DNA of 64,000 nucleotides from Candidatus Latescibacterota bacterium (GTDB taxonomy: Bacteria; Latescibacterota; UBA2968): contig OZ242195.1 of NCBI GenBank assembly GCA_965205975.1, positions 256,001 through 320,000 on the forward strand, written 5' to 3'. Positions 1 through 9,009 of the stretch are shown piece after piece (the first letter of the stretch is position 1; every line of letters starts with the position of its first letter). The translations under genes were made by a program, and so were the position numbers. The notes under the pieces are model-generated. The model was not told where the DNA came from. It made no database searches and worked only from the letters and a program-made list of their open reading frames with translations.

Positions 1-1230
1 GTGGGACTCACGCTGATTTACACGCCTATTTTGAAGGCTTTTAGCCAGCGCGCTTTTTTGGCGCGTGCCGAACAATCATCGGTTTTAATCGATTCGCTAC
101 ACGGCATTGATGTGGTCAAAGTCGAGGCGGTGGAGCGTGCGACGCGATGGGAATGGGAAGGCAAGTTCACAAAGGAAATTCAGATTGGATTTCAACGGTT
201 AAAAATGCAGATGCTGTTTGGAGGCATTGGAAGCGTGATCAGTTTGTTGAGTAGTACGGTGATTTTGTGGTATGGTGCTTCCTTGGTGATTGCAGGGGAT
301 CTGTCGGTTGGGCAGTTGATGGCGTTTAATGCGCTGATTGGCAATGTGATGGGTCCTATTATGGGGTTGATTGGGATATGGCCTCAGGTGCAAGAAGCGC
401 GTATTGCGCTGGATCGGTTAAATGATGTGTATGACACGCAGATGGAAGATGCGCGGCAACAGGGTCAGGGTTTGGTTTTAAAGCATTTGGAAGGGCGTGT
501 GATTTTTGAGGGGGTGTTTTTCAGATATGGTGTGGGTTCTGATGAACCGTATGTGTTGAATAACATAGATCTGATTCTTGAGCAGGGTCAAAAGGTTGCG
601 GTTGTGGGACGCAGTGGTGCGGGTAAGACCACATTGGTAAAGTTAGTGCCCCGTTTGTTTGATCCGTCAGAAGGGCGTGTGACGCTTGATGGTATGGATG
701 TGCGAGACCTGGACCCCCATTGGTTGCGGCGACAGGTGGGTATGGTGATGCAGGAGCCGTTTTTATTTTCTGGCACGATTGCAGAAAATATCGCTATTGG
801 TCAGTCAGATGCGGACATGGATCGCATTTTGGAAGTGGCAAAGCTATCGTGTGTACATGATTTCGTGAGCGATATGCCTTTGGGCTATGAGACAAAGGTG
901 GGCGAGCAGGGCGTGGGGCTATCTGGTGGACAAAGGCAACGGATTGCGATTGCACGGGCACTGTATTGCGATCCGAAAATTTTGATTTTTGATGAGGCGA
1001 CCAATGCGTTGGATACAGATTCAGAACAGGCGATACAGGCGAATTTAGATCTGTTTTTGGATGATCGCACGGCATTGATTATCGCCCATCGGTTGAGTAC
1101 GGTGCGCGATGCGGATGCGATTGTGGTGCTGGATAAGGGTCATATTGTGGAGATGGGCACACACGATGAGTTGATGGTGCAACAGGGGTTGTATTATCAT
1201 ATGTGTAGTCAGCAGTTGCAGGTGGTTTGA
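1..1230 (+). CDS. Type I secretion / peptide-export ABC transporter (HlyB-like permease + ATPase), probably 5'-truncated by window edge
   Basis: TM segment followed by Walker A GRSGAGKT, signature LSGGQRQR, Walker B LIFDEAT, IAHRLST; HlyD gene follows. Confidence 0.92.
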   Translation: MGLTLIYTPILKAFSQRAFLARAEQSSVLIDSLHGIDVVKVEAVERATRWEWEGKFTKEIQIGFQRLKMQMLFGGIGSVISLLSSTVILWYGASLVIAGDLSVGQLMAFNALIGNVMGPIMGLIGIWPQVQEARIALDRLNDVYDTQMEDARQQGQGLVLKHLEGRVIFEGVFFRYGVGSDEPYVLNNIDLILEQGQKVAVVGRSGAGKTTLVKLVPRLFDPSEGRVTLDGMDVRDLDPHWLRRQVGMVMQEPFLFSGTIAENIAIGQSDADMDRILEVAKLSCVHDFVSDMPLGYETKVGEQGVGLSGGQRQRIAIARALYCDPKILIFDEATNALDTDSEQAIQANLDLFLDDRTALIIAHRLSTVRDADAIVVLDKGHIVEMGTHDELMVQQGLYYHMCSQQLQVV

Positions 1231-1324
1231 TCCGCAGATGAACGCAGATGAACGCAGATAAAAAAGAGGATCTGGGGACAGGTGGCTGGGTGGTCATCTC
1301 ACGTCTCACTTCTTACGTCTTACC
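1231..1324. repeat. Intergenic short tandem repeats: 3x 10-mer (AACGCAGATG-like) and 4x heptamer (TCTYACN)
   Basis: tccgcagatg/aacgcagatg/aacgcagata at 1231-1260; tctcacg tctcact tcttacg tcttacc at 1297-1324. Confidence 0.8.
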
Positions 1325-1341
1325 GCTTTTAAGGAGCCTAA

Positions 1342-2724
1342 ATGGCAGAACGGCTTTTGGAGACATCGGCCGAGACAATGTCTCCCGGTATCATTCAGGG
1401 ACAAGATGACGCGGCAGAAGAGGTGCATGCGTTTATGGGATCCTTGCGGCCCTTTTGGGGTCGTGCATTGCTCTATATTGTCCTGCTCTTTGTAGGTATT
1501 GCCATTACCTGGGCGTGGTGGAGTAAGATAGATGTGGTGGCATCAGCACCTTTTCGATTGGTGCCCCTCGGACAGGTGAAGACGATGCAGGCACAGCGAG
1601 GTGGTGAGATCGAGTTGATTGGTGTGAAAGAGGGGGATCAGGTCGAGAAGGGGCAGGTGTTGTTCAAGCTCAAATCGTGGGAGACCTGGGGAGAGTTGCG
1701 GGAATGGGAACAGGCAAAGATGGCTTTTCAAAAGGCAGCGTATGATTTTAAGACGGTGTTGCCACAAAGGGCAAGGTTAAATCGAGAGACGATAGAGGCA
1801 TTGGAGCAACGCCTGTCTGTTTTGCAGCAGTTTATGGTGGCACACCAGGATGCGTTGGAAGATTATCAAAGCGATGTGGGTGGTGTTGAGGGATCGAAGA
1901 ACAAAACATCTGATGCAGGGTTGCAAGCGCAGATTGGGTTTCGTCAGGCTGAGATTGATCACTTAAAACAGGCGTTTTTGCAGCAAAAGACGCTGTTTGA
2001 GCGCGAGTTGATCAGTCGGGCAGATATGAATCGCGCGCGCGTGCAGTATTTGAGTGCTCTGTCCGCGCTTCCGTCGCGTATGTCAGAGATATACAAGAAT
2101 GAAATGGCTGTACAGGATCTCAAGCGTCAAATCACAGAAGCGCGTATTGCACACGAGCGCGAGGCTTCGCAGATGCGACATGCTTATGAAACGGCACAGT
2201 TGCGATTGGAACAGGCACGCAAACGCATTGATCGTACCCTGGAAGCCGAGTCGGATTTGATCATAGCACCTGAGTCGGGGATTGTAACACAGGTGATGGT
2301 GAATGCAATTGGACAGGTGATCAACAAGGGGCAGTCCCTCATCGCGTTGGCACCGGCCTCGGCACCGATGGTTGCAGAAGTGATGGTGTTGAATAAAGAT
2401 GTAGGCTTGCTCAAACCCGGACAGTTGGTCAAGCTGAAATACGATGCGTATGCCTTTCAGGATTTTGGTATCAAACGCGGGTGGCTTACATCCATCTCAC
2501 CCGATGCGGTGATTGATGAACGTATTGGTCCGATGTTTAAGTGCGTTGTTGAACTGGAAGAAAATACGATGCGTGTGAAGGGATATGACAAGCCTTTGAT
2601 GTTCGGCATGAAGGGTACGGCGGAGATTATGACCGATCGGCAATCGGTCTTGCTGATGTTGCTTTCTCCCTTGCGACAGCTTTACGAGTCAGCGAGATAC
2701 GATGTTCAGGAGGGCGCATTGTGA
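1342..2724 (+). CDS. HlyD-family secretion membrane fusion protein
   Basis: Single N-terminal TM helix, lipoyl-like half motifs (VKEGDQVEKGQVLF; IIAPESGIV), long coiled coil, C-terminal GMKGTAEI; RBS AAGGAG. Confidence 0.92.
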   Translation: MAERLLETSAETMSPGIIQGQDDAAEEVHAFMGSLRPFWGRALLYIVLLFVGIAITWAWWSKIDVVASAPFRLVPLGQVKTMQAQRGGEIELIGVKEGDQVEKGQVLFKLKSWETWGELREWEQAKMAFQKAAYDFKTVLPQRARLNRETIEALEQRLSVLQQFMVAHQDALEDYQSDVGGVEGSKNKTSDAGLQAQIGFRQAEIDHLKQAFLQQKTLFERELISRADMNRARVQYLSALSALPSRMSEIYKNEMAVQDLKRQITEARIAHEREASQMRHAYETAQLRLEQARKRIDRTLEAESDLIIAPESGIVTQVMVNAIGQVINKGQSLIALAPASAPMVAEVMVLNKDVGLLKPGQLVKLKYDAYAFQDFGIKRGWLTSISPDAVIDERIGPMFKCVVELEENTMRVKGYDKPLMFGMKGTAEIMTDRQSVLLMLLSPLRQLYESARYDVQEGAL

Positions 2725-3494
2725 TGTCAGAGGTCCTAATTCAGGTTAATGGTACTGAGGTGTTCTTGCGCGATGTCATACGGCAGATGGGTGTTGCTGA
2801 TAATCTGCGTTTTTTTGATGAATTTGCGCGTAGGGAATTGATCCGGCAACTCGCGCTACGTGAGGGTGTTTGTGCAGCGCCGGAGGATATTCAGCGTAAG
2901 GTGAATGACTGGCGGTATCAACATCGCTTGGAACGGGTGGAAGATACAGAGGCGTATCTTGCAAAGCGAGGTATTACGCTTCAGGATGTGACAGAAGATG
3001 CCGAGGTGAGACAACTGGAGTATTTGCTGTCTGAGAAGATTGCCAAAGGACAGGTCAAATCCTATTTCGCTCAACACACACTGGCGTTTGATGAGGCGGA
3101 GATTTGCTGGATTTTTCACACGGATAAGGGTGTGATTGACGAGGTTGATTTGCAGATTCGAGACGATGGAGCAGATTTTTACGCGATGGCGCGTCGGTTT
3201 TCTCAAGATGCACGCACGCGATCAAGTAGTGGCTTTTTAGGTCGTGTTCGGCGCAAGCAGTTGCCAAAGGGGATTGCTGCGCGCGTTTTTGCCGTGTCAC
3301 CAGGTGAAATTTTGGGTCCGGAAAAAGTATCGAAAGGCTTTGCGCTGTACCTGGTGCAAGAACGCTACCCGGCAACACTAAATGAACGAACAAAAAAGGA
3401 GATCCGCAAACACCTGTTTAATCAGTGGTTGCAACGCGAAGTGCTGCGGGCAGATATACGGTATCCGATTTGGCAGACGGAAATTAAAAAATAG
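2721..3494 (+). CDS. PpiC/parvulin-type peptidylprolyl isomerase-like foldase
   Basis: ADFYAMARRFSQD...GFLG...ILGP parvulin-like segment; overlaps the HlyD stop codon. Confidence 0.8.
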   Translation: MMSEVLIQVNGTEVFLRDVIRQMGVADNLRFFDEFARRELIRQLALREGVCAAPEDIQRKVNDWRYQHRLERVEDTEAYLAKRGITLQDVTEDAEVRQLEYLLSEKIAKGQVKSYFAQHTLAFDEAEICWIFHTDKGVIDEVDLQIRDDGADFYAMARRFSQDARTRSSSGFLGRVRRKQLPKGIAARVFAVSPGEILGPEKVSKGFALYLVQERYPATLNERTKKEIRKHLFNQWLQREVLRADIRYPIWQTEIKK

Positions 3495-3615
3495 GTTTTT
3501 TGTGGAAGATTTTACTCTCAAGAAACTGGATAGTGTAGAAGACTTTTTTATTTGAAACTTTAAGGTCTTGACCTTTTATTCATCTATGGCTAATTTGTAG
3601 ATGGGGAGAAAAAAC

Positions 3616-4314
3616 ATGCCTAAAAAATTGCTTGATCTATTCTGTGGTGCCGGTGGTGCTGCAATGGGCTATTACCGGGCTGGATTCGCCGTTGTAGGGG
3701 TGGATATTGCTCCTCAGCCTAATTACCCATTCGAGTTCATACAAGCAGATGTCCTCGAACTTGAGCCTGAGTTTTTTGAGAGCTTCGACGCCATTCACGC
3801 CTCGCCTCCCTGCCAAGCGTACTCAGACCTTGCCAAGCGCAATGGTAACGCCCATGAGTGGCCTGACCTGGTGGGGCCAGTACGTGACATACTTAATAGT
3901 ACGGGTAAGCCGTGGGTGATCGAGAATGTGGAAGGCTCCCCGCTTCTAAATCCTATCGTACTATGCGGGACCATGTTCGACAAACTAAGGGTGATCCGTC
4001 ACCGGCTATTCGAGTCTAACTTTGATATTATACCGCCTCCGCACATTCCTCACAAAGAACATCCCCGCGTTCACACTCTGGATAAACGTAAATCTCACTA
4101 CGGCAAGACCGATGAGTGGCGAGATTTTGTGCAGGTAACAGGTGGTGGAAATTGTACTATCGCAGCAGCCCGTGATGCTATGGGAATTGATTGGATGAAG
4201 AAAGCCGAGATTAACGAAGCGATACCACCAGCCTATGCACAGTTCATTGGTAATGCGCTTATGGAGCGTCTCGCTGCATTGGAGAGATTACACAATGAAG
4301 TCTCGCAGGATTAG
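3616..4314 (+). CDS. Compact C5-cytosine DNA methyltransferase
   Basis: Motif I LDLFCGAGG, motif IV SPPCQ, motif VI ENV, motif VIII RHRLF, motif X-like EAIPP; ORF opens at 3601, ATG 3616 has GGGAG upstream. Confidence 0.88.
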   Translation: MPKKLLDLFCGAGGAAMGYYRAGFAVVGVDIAPQPNYPFEFIQADVLELEPEFFESFDAIHASPPCQAYSDLAKRNGNAHEWPDLVGPVRDILNSTGKPWVIENVEGSPLLNPIVLCGTMFDKLRVIRHRLFESNFDIIPPPHIPHKEHPRVHTLDKRKSHYGKTDEWRDFVQVTGGGNCTIAAARDAMGIDWMKKAEINEAIPPAYAQFIGNALMERLAALERLHNEVSQD

Positions 4315-4867
4315 CTCAACGGAGCGCATCCGGCAATTTCTCCGTGATCGAGTTGGTGAGGTTGTCACGAGTCAGGAAATACAAGAGGCTGCTGGAAATG
4401 TAACAGAGTGGGCCAGACGCGTACGTGAACTACGTAGTGAAGAAGGCTGGAAAATCAGTAGTCACAATGATCGTATTGACCTCAGGCCGGGGGAGTACAT
4501 ACTTGAGGAAGAGCCGCCCAATAAGTCGGACTATTCTTTCGCAAAACCGATCTCTAATCGTCTGCGGGCGCAAGTATTAGAACGCAACGGTTACACCTGC
4601 CAAATGTGTGGAATAGGTGCAGGTGAAATGGACGACGAGTTAGGACGCAAGGCACGTCTGCATGTTGGGCACATTGAAGATCGGAGCCACGGCGGCCCAG
4701 ATGAACTATCGAATCTGCGTGCCTTGTGCAGTAGGTGTAATGAGGGAGCCAAGAATGTTGCTCAAGAACCACCGAGCCATACCTGGTTGATGTCCCAAAT
4801 ACGCCGTGCGACCCGTGATGACCAGCGAAAGGCCCTGGAATGGCTTGAACAGAAATTCCGTCGCTGA
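4295..4867 (+). CDS. HNH endonuclease, resembles R.KpnI-type restriction enzymes
   Basis: CQMC...LHVGHIEDRSHGG...NLRALCSRCN Zn-HNH motif; N-terminal helical segment WARRVRELRSEEGW; overlaps the MTase end by 20 nt. Confidence 0.85.
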   Translation: MKSRRISSTERIRQFLRDRVGEVVTSQEIQEAAGNVTEWARRVRELRSEEGWKISSHNDRIDLRPGEYILEEEPPNKSDYSFAKPISNRLRAQVLERNGYTCQMCGIGAGEMDDELGRKARLHVGHIEDRSHGGPDELSNLRALCSRCNEGAKNVAQEPPSHTWLMSQIRRATRDDQRKALEWLEQKFRR

Positions 4868-5033
4868 TTGTCTGTTTTATCTCTAATGGCAACGGCAAAT
4901 CGAGTTGCCGTTCTGGTTATGGGTATGTTCGATTCAAATTCTGTATAAAAGCATCCCAATTAGACGAAGCCCTCATTAGAGCAGTGACCGCGACGCCCTT
5001 TTTACTTTTTACAGAAAATTAAGGACTCTATCG

Positions 5034-5069
5034 AAAAACCCTCGATTGTTGCTGCTATCGAGGGTTTTT
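5034..5069. terminator. Bidirectional intrinsic terminator
   Basis: AAAAACCCTCGAT / ATCGAGGGTTTTT inverted repeat between convergent genes. Confidence 0.7.
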
Positions 5070-5088
5070 TAATGCCTAAAGATATAAA

Positions 5089-5343
5089 TTATTGTCGAGA
5101 GTCTCGATAGTGTATTTCATACAGATTATCGACAAGTCCGAATTTGCAGACCAAATCGCAATGGCAACGGTCTGTGAGAGATACATTACGAATGATTATG
5201 GTATTATCTACACTATCTCTGTTCCAGCTAAGACCGGTGACAGAGTCTAAATAATGATCTACTTCACTTATTGACATTTCCTTGTTTTTTCTCTGGTCAT
5301 CAGCAATAGCATCGTGAATTTCATTTCTCGTTATCAGTGTCAT
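5089..5343 (-). CDS. Hypothetical protein (84 aa)
   Basis: ATG preceded by AGGAG RBS and followed by a terminator; no recognisable motif. Confidence 0.5.
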   Translation of the reverse strand: MTLITRNEIHDAIADDQRKNKEMSISEVDHYLDSVTGLSWNRDSVDNTIIIRNVSLTDRCHCDLVCKFGLVDNLYEIHYRDSRQ

Positions 5344-5499
5344 TTTTAGTCTCCTATCAGAAGGGCAGGTAATGAAGCCCTATTTCAACTAGTGAGAAGC
5401 CTCTATGGACTGGACTTGAAGCCTGAAAACCAGTACACTTTTAAGATTTGCTTCTATTAATAAAAATATCAAAATGCTAATCAACAGTCAATAGAAAAA

Positions 5500-5536
5500 A
5501 ACCGCGCAAGGTGTTAGTTTTCCACCTTGCGCGGTT
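5500..5536 (-). terminator. Intrinsic terminator of the PhyH gene
   Basis: 14-bp stem AACCGCGCAAGGTG / CACCTTGCGCGGTT with an A-run on its left (U-tail on the minus strand). Confidence 0.75.
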
Positions 5537-5575
5537 GGCCCTTGTTTCCTGGCCTTATTGTATATAATCTCCGCA

Positions 5576-6427
5576 CTAAGGCATCACCGCTTCTTTGCCC
5601 TGATATTCTCGGATCCAGCCTTTCAATGGCACGTCCTCTTCTGTTGGGGATGTGTAGCCGTGAATGCCCGAAGGGGAATGCCGGCACATTTGCTTTCGGA
5701 TTGGACTCAGTTCATCCCAGAAATTTTCCACATTGCATTCGCCGCGGGCTTGAAGCCAGCGATAAGCGTAGCCGTAGAAGAGCACCTTGCGGGGTTGTGT
5801 CCAGTAATTTGCACTCGCCGAATGCCACAACCGACGGTCAAAAATAACGGCTGATCCCCGGGGAGCGAGGATGGGTACGGCGCCTTTTACCATCTGATTG
5901 CGATTTCCGTTCGGCCAAGCCATCTTATTTTTTAACTGGCTTCCCGGTATGACGTGAAAATTGCCGCGTCCGGGTTCGCTTGTGTCCGATAGAAAGTAGG
6001 CCACTTTGACTGATAAGCGCGGCCTCGGGTTTGTCTCCATTTCCTGATTCACGCGCCCGGTATCTTGATGCCAGCCGATTCCCAAACCGCGTTTGCTATC
6101 TGGTGGTTCGGGAGGTGTCACGTTCAGGTGTGCCAGGTAGATTTGAATATTCCATCCCAATATTCCCCAAACTTTTGGGAATGTGGTGTAGTGATCTATC
6201 AGGTCAATAAACACTTGATCCCGTCCCAGAAAGTCGCGTTCGTGAACCCGTTTATGTGGTTCGATTTTTTGCTTTTCGCGTTCTTCGGCGTTGATGCGGT
6301 CAACTGCTTTGGTCAATTGTCTTCTCTTTGCGTCGCTCAGCGCGTTTTCGATGATGAGATAACCCCGCTCTTCAAATTCGAGCCGTTCGTCTTCTGTCAG
6401 ACAATGGTTTAGCCAGCGTCTGTTCAT
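5576..6427 (-). CDS. Phytanoyl-CoA dioxygenase (PhyH) family Fe(II)/2OG oxygenase
   Basis: FEERGYLIIENAL, WHQD, VIPGS, LWHSA motifs; RBS AAGGAG before ATG 6427. Confidence 0.9.
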   Translation of the reverse strand: MNRRWLNHCLTEDERLEFEERGYLIIENALSDAKRRQLTKAVDRINAEEREKQKIEPHKRVHERDFLGRDQVFIDLIDHYTTFPKVWGILGWNIQIYLAHLNVTPPEPPDSKRGLGIGWHQDTGRVNQEMETNPRPRLSVKVAYFLSDTSEPGRGNFHVIPGSQLKNKMAWPNGNRNQMVKGAVPILAPRGSAVIFDRRLWHSASANYWTQPRKVLFYGYAYRWLQARGECNVENFWDELSPIRKQMCRHSPSGIHGYTSPTEEDVPLKGWIREYQGKEAVMP

Positions 6428-6441
6428 AGCGTATCTCCTTT

Positions 6442-6909
6442 TCACGAAAAGAGGTTGGCTTTCCTTTTTTTTCGATCCAGAATATAAAATTTGATAAGCC
6501 CTATCCCGCCGATCAGACCACAGGGTATCACAATGAAGCGGTACATTGAGACTTCTTCATATCGAAGCGATGCACCGGTCGCGCCCATTGTCGCAACGAC
6601 AAATGACAGGTGAATGAGTTTTTGAGATAGGTTTTTATTCGTAAAGGTAGAGAGCAAAATCAATATAAGTGCGGTGTGGAAAATGACAAATCCCGCATAC
6701 CCATTTCGCACGGCGAGATCGAGTTGCCAATCATAGCGATAAATCCACACCATGAGCACATGTGCCAGAATGATCAGTGCGACAACGCGCCATAGCGCGG
6801 TCGGATGTTGTCCTCGCAGGGTGAGTACGACCACAGTGGTTAAGCCCACATATCCTGTGATAGCGAGCAAAAAAGTGATGAAAATTTCCGTTGTTCCCGT
6901 TCCTACCAT
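6442..6909 (-). CDS. Hypothetical membrane protein
   Basis: About 5 hydrophobic segments; start uncertain (6909 or 6939). Confidence 0.7.
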   Translation of the reverse strand: MVGTGTTEIFITFLLAITGYVGLTTVVVLTLRGQHPTALWRVVALIILAHVLMVWIYRYDWQLDLAVRNGYAGFVIFHTALILILLSTFTNKNLSQKLIHLSFVVATMGATGASLRYEEVSMYRFIVIPCGLIGGIGLIKFYILDRKKRKANLFS

Positions 6910-7014
6910 AGAAACTATTCTCCCTCTTTTGATATGCAATATATGACATGATATTCTGAGAACAAGACCGTTTCACGGGGCAGTGCATGTGTGCATTTGA
7001 AGGGCATCATGCAA

Positions 7015-7045
7015 AACGGGTTACGACGTATTGTCATAACCCGTT
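7015..7045 (-). terminator. Hairpin directly downstream of tRNA-Thr
   Basis: AACGGGTTA...TAACCCGTT inverted repeat. Confidence 0.6.
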
Positions 7046-7053
7046 GTTTTTTG

Positions 7054-7129
7054 TGGAGCCGCCCAGCGGACTCGAACCGCTGACCGCCTGATTACAAATC
7101 AGGTGCTCTACCAGCTGAGCTAGGGCGGC
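7054..7129 (-). tRNA. tRNA-Thr(TGT)
   Basis: Reverse complement GCCGCCCTAGCTCAGCTGGTAGAGCACCTGATTTGTAATCAGGCGGTCAGCGGTTCGAGTCCGCTGGGCGGCTCCA: cloverleaf, TGT anticodon, GTTCGA T-loop, CCA end, 76 nt. Confidence 0.97.
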
Positions 7130-7178
7130 GTGTCCGTCAAAGATATACAAGTGGGTGATTTTTGGCAACTCTTACCTT

Positions 7179-8261
7179 TTAAAAAAACGATGTTTTGTGT
7201 TTTTGCTCGCGTTCGTAGCGTTCAATGCCCAGTTGGATGAGGCGATCAATTAATTCAGTATAAGAAATGCCACTGGCTTCCCACAGTTTGGGATACATGC
7301 TGATCCGCGTAAAGCCGGGTATGGTATTGATTTCATTTACAACAAAGGTACCATCGTTTTTTAAAAAGAAATCCGCGCGTGCCATGCCCTCACAGCACAG
7401 GACTTGAAATGTGCGAATGGCAAGAGCCTGCACCCGTTTTACAGCTTCTTCGGATAAATTAGTGGGAATGTGCAATACGGCGCCTTTTTCATCCAGATAT
7501 TTCGCTTCGTAAGAGTAAAACTCGTGCTGTGGCAAGATTTCGCCGGGGATTGAGACAATGGGCGTTTCGTTGCCCAATACCGAACATTCGATTTCTCGAC
7601 CTTCGACAAAAGCCTCGATCAGTACCTTCTTGTCGTAGCGAAATGCCTCTTTCAACGCGGGGATTAGTGCGCTTTTGTCGTGTACTTTACTCACGCCGAC
7701 CGATGAGCCCAAATTTGCGGGCTTTACAAATAGGGGCAATCGCAGTTCTGAAATCACATCATTTACATCCAGATTGTCCAACTGAAACTGATGTACTGTT
7801 CGCCACGCGGCAACGGGAATATTGGCATCGCGCAACAAGCGTTTCATCACGTCTTTGTCCATTCCCACAGCCGAGCCGAGTACATCGGCACCTACATAGG
7901 GGACATCGGCCAATCTCAAAAATCCCTGTACTGTACCGTCTTCTCCCAGCGGCCCGTGCAAGACGGGAAAAACCACATCGACCGAGTCAGATGCAGACTG
8001 CCCTACGAGTTCACCGCGCCCTTCTGGCATCAACGTAATCAGCGCATTTTGATCTGCGTCAGAAAGCCCCTCTGTATTCGCTTCGGGCAATAGTTGTTCG
8101 GCTTCGTTTAAGAACCATTGACCCGATTTGTCGATTCCTATTGGCACGACTTCGTATTTGGTCTTGTCAATCGCGTCAATGATGTTGCGCGCAGATTGCA
8201 GTGATACTTCGTGCTCTGCCGATTTTCCACCAAATAATATCCCCACGCGGATCTTTTTCAT
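7179..8261 (-). CDS. ddl: D-alanine--D-alanine ligase
   Basis: FGGKSAEHEVS, LHGPLGEDG, KPANLGSSVG, NEINTIPGFT. Confidence 0.97.
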   Translation of the reverse strand: MKKIRVGILFGGKSAEHEVSLQSARNIIDAIDKTKYEVVPIGIDKSGQWFLNEAEQLLPEANTEGLSDADQNALITLMPEGRGELVGQSASDSVDVVFPVLHGPLGEDGTVQGFLRLADVPYVGADVLGSAVGMDKDVMKRLLRDANIPVAAWRTVHQFQLDNLDVNDVISELRLPLFVKPANLGSSVGVSKVHDKSALIPALKEAFRYDKKVLIEAFVEGREIECSVLGNETPIVSIPGEILPQHEFYSYEAKYLDEKGAVLHIPTNLSEEAVKRVQALAIRTFQVLCCEGMARADFFLKNDGTFVVNEINTIPGFTRISMYPKLWEASGISYTELIDRLIQLGIERYEREQKHKTSFF

Positions 8262-8971
8262 TTTTCTCTCTGATTTTTTTTTCGCCACCACCAGAACCCG
8301 AGTATGCCCACTACCATTAAAATTATCAGTATGCGATTATAAGTTTTTAGTACAGTGACTACGATTTGCCAGTTTTCGCCGACCGTAAAGCCAAAGTAGA
8401 TCAGCAGACTATTCCACAATAATGTGCCAAATAATACGTAAAGCGTCATACGCAGGGGGTGCATCTGGCTGATGCCGGCCACAATGCCGACAAATATCCG
8501 CACGGCGGGCAAAAATCGGTTGAAAATGACGATTTTGTCGCCATAGCGGTTGAACCATGTTTCGGTGCGGTGCAGATTTTCTTCATTCAAGAACTTTATA
8601 TTCAACCGCAAGAAGAACGAGCGCCCTTTTACAAATGCGATGGCATAAAGGAGCAAGCAGCCCACTGCGCTGCCTATCCACATTGCAAAATACGCAGGCC
8701 AAACGGCGATTATTCCAATGCCGGCCAAATACGCGCCGAATACAATCAGGGTATCGCCAGGAATGATAGGTACTATGTTCTCTAAAAAAGCACCCAGAAA
8801 TAAAAAAAAGTAAATCCACCCTGGCGGTTGGTCTCTCAAATAGGCGAGGAAAGAATTCCAGAGTTCAGTAAAGTAGGGGAGGAAAGAATCCCAGAGTTCA
8901 GTAAAGTAAGCGAGAAAAGAATCCAGGAATTCAGTAAAGTACTCCAATTGTGTATCCTTTAGATGTGACAC
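8258..8971 (-). CDS. DedA family membrane protein with N-terminal 11-aa repeats
   Basis: FLENIVPIIPGD, FNRYG...RFLPAVR DedA motifs; ATGA overlap with ddl. Confidence 0.9.
   Translation of the reverse strand: MSHLKDTQLEYFTEFLDSFLAYFTELWDSFLPYFTELWNSFLAYLRDQPPGWIYFFLFLGAFLENIVPIIPGDTLIVFGAYLAGIGIIAVWPAYFAMWIGSAVGCLLLYAIAFVKGRSFFLRLNIKFLNEENLHRTETWFNRYGDKIVIFNRFLPAVRIFVGIVAGISQMHPLRMTLYVLFGTLLWNSLLIYFGFTVGENWQIVVTVLKTYNRILIILMVVGILGFWWWRKKNQREK
8847..8945 (-). repeat. 3x 33-bp in-frame tandem repeat (xYFTE[LF][WL][DN]SFL)
   Basis: Units at 8847-8879, 8880-8912, 8913-8945 share AAAGAAT...TTCAGTAAAGTA. Confidence 0.9.
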
Positions 8972-9009
8972 AGGAGGCGATTACATTTTTGAATAAACTG
9001 CACAATAAG

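Noticed and set aside
3568..3596. Possible promoter TTGACC-17-TAATTT before the methyltransferase
   Set aside because: Weak -10 match in an AT-rich tract; cannot be distinguished from chance
3500..7129. Integrative island at tRNA-Thr carrying the R-M pair
   Set aside because: No integrase and no duplicated tRNA 3' end seen in the window; ordinary genes lie between the tRNA and the cassette
8847..8945. 33-bp repeats as a CRISPR array
   Set aside because: Directly tandem with no spacers, in frame within DedA, and no cas genes
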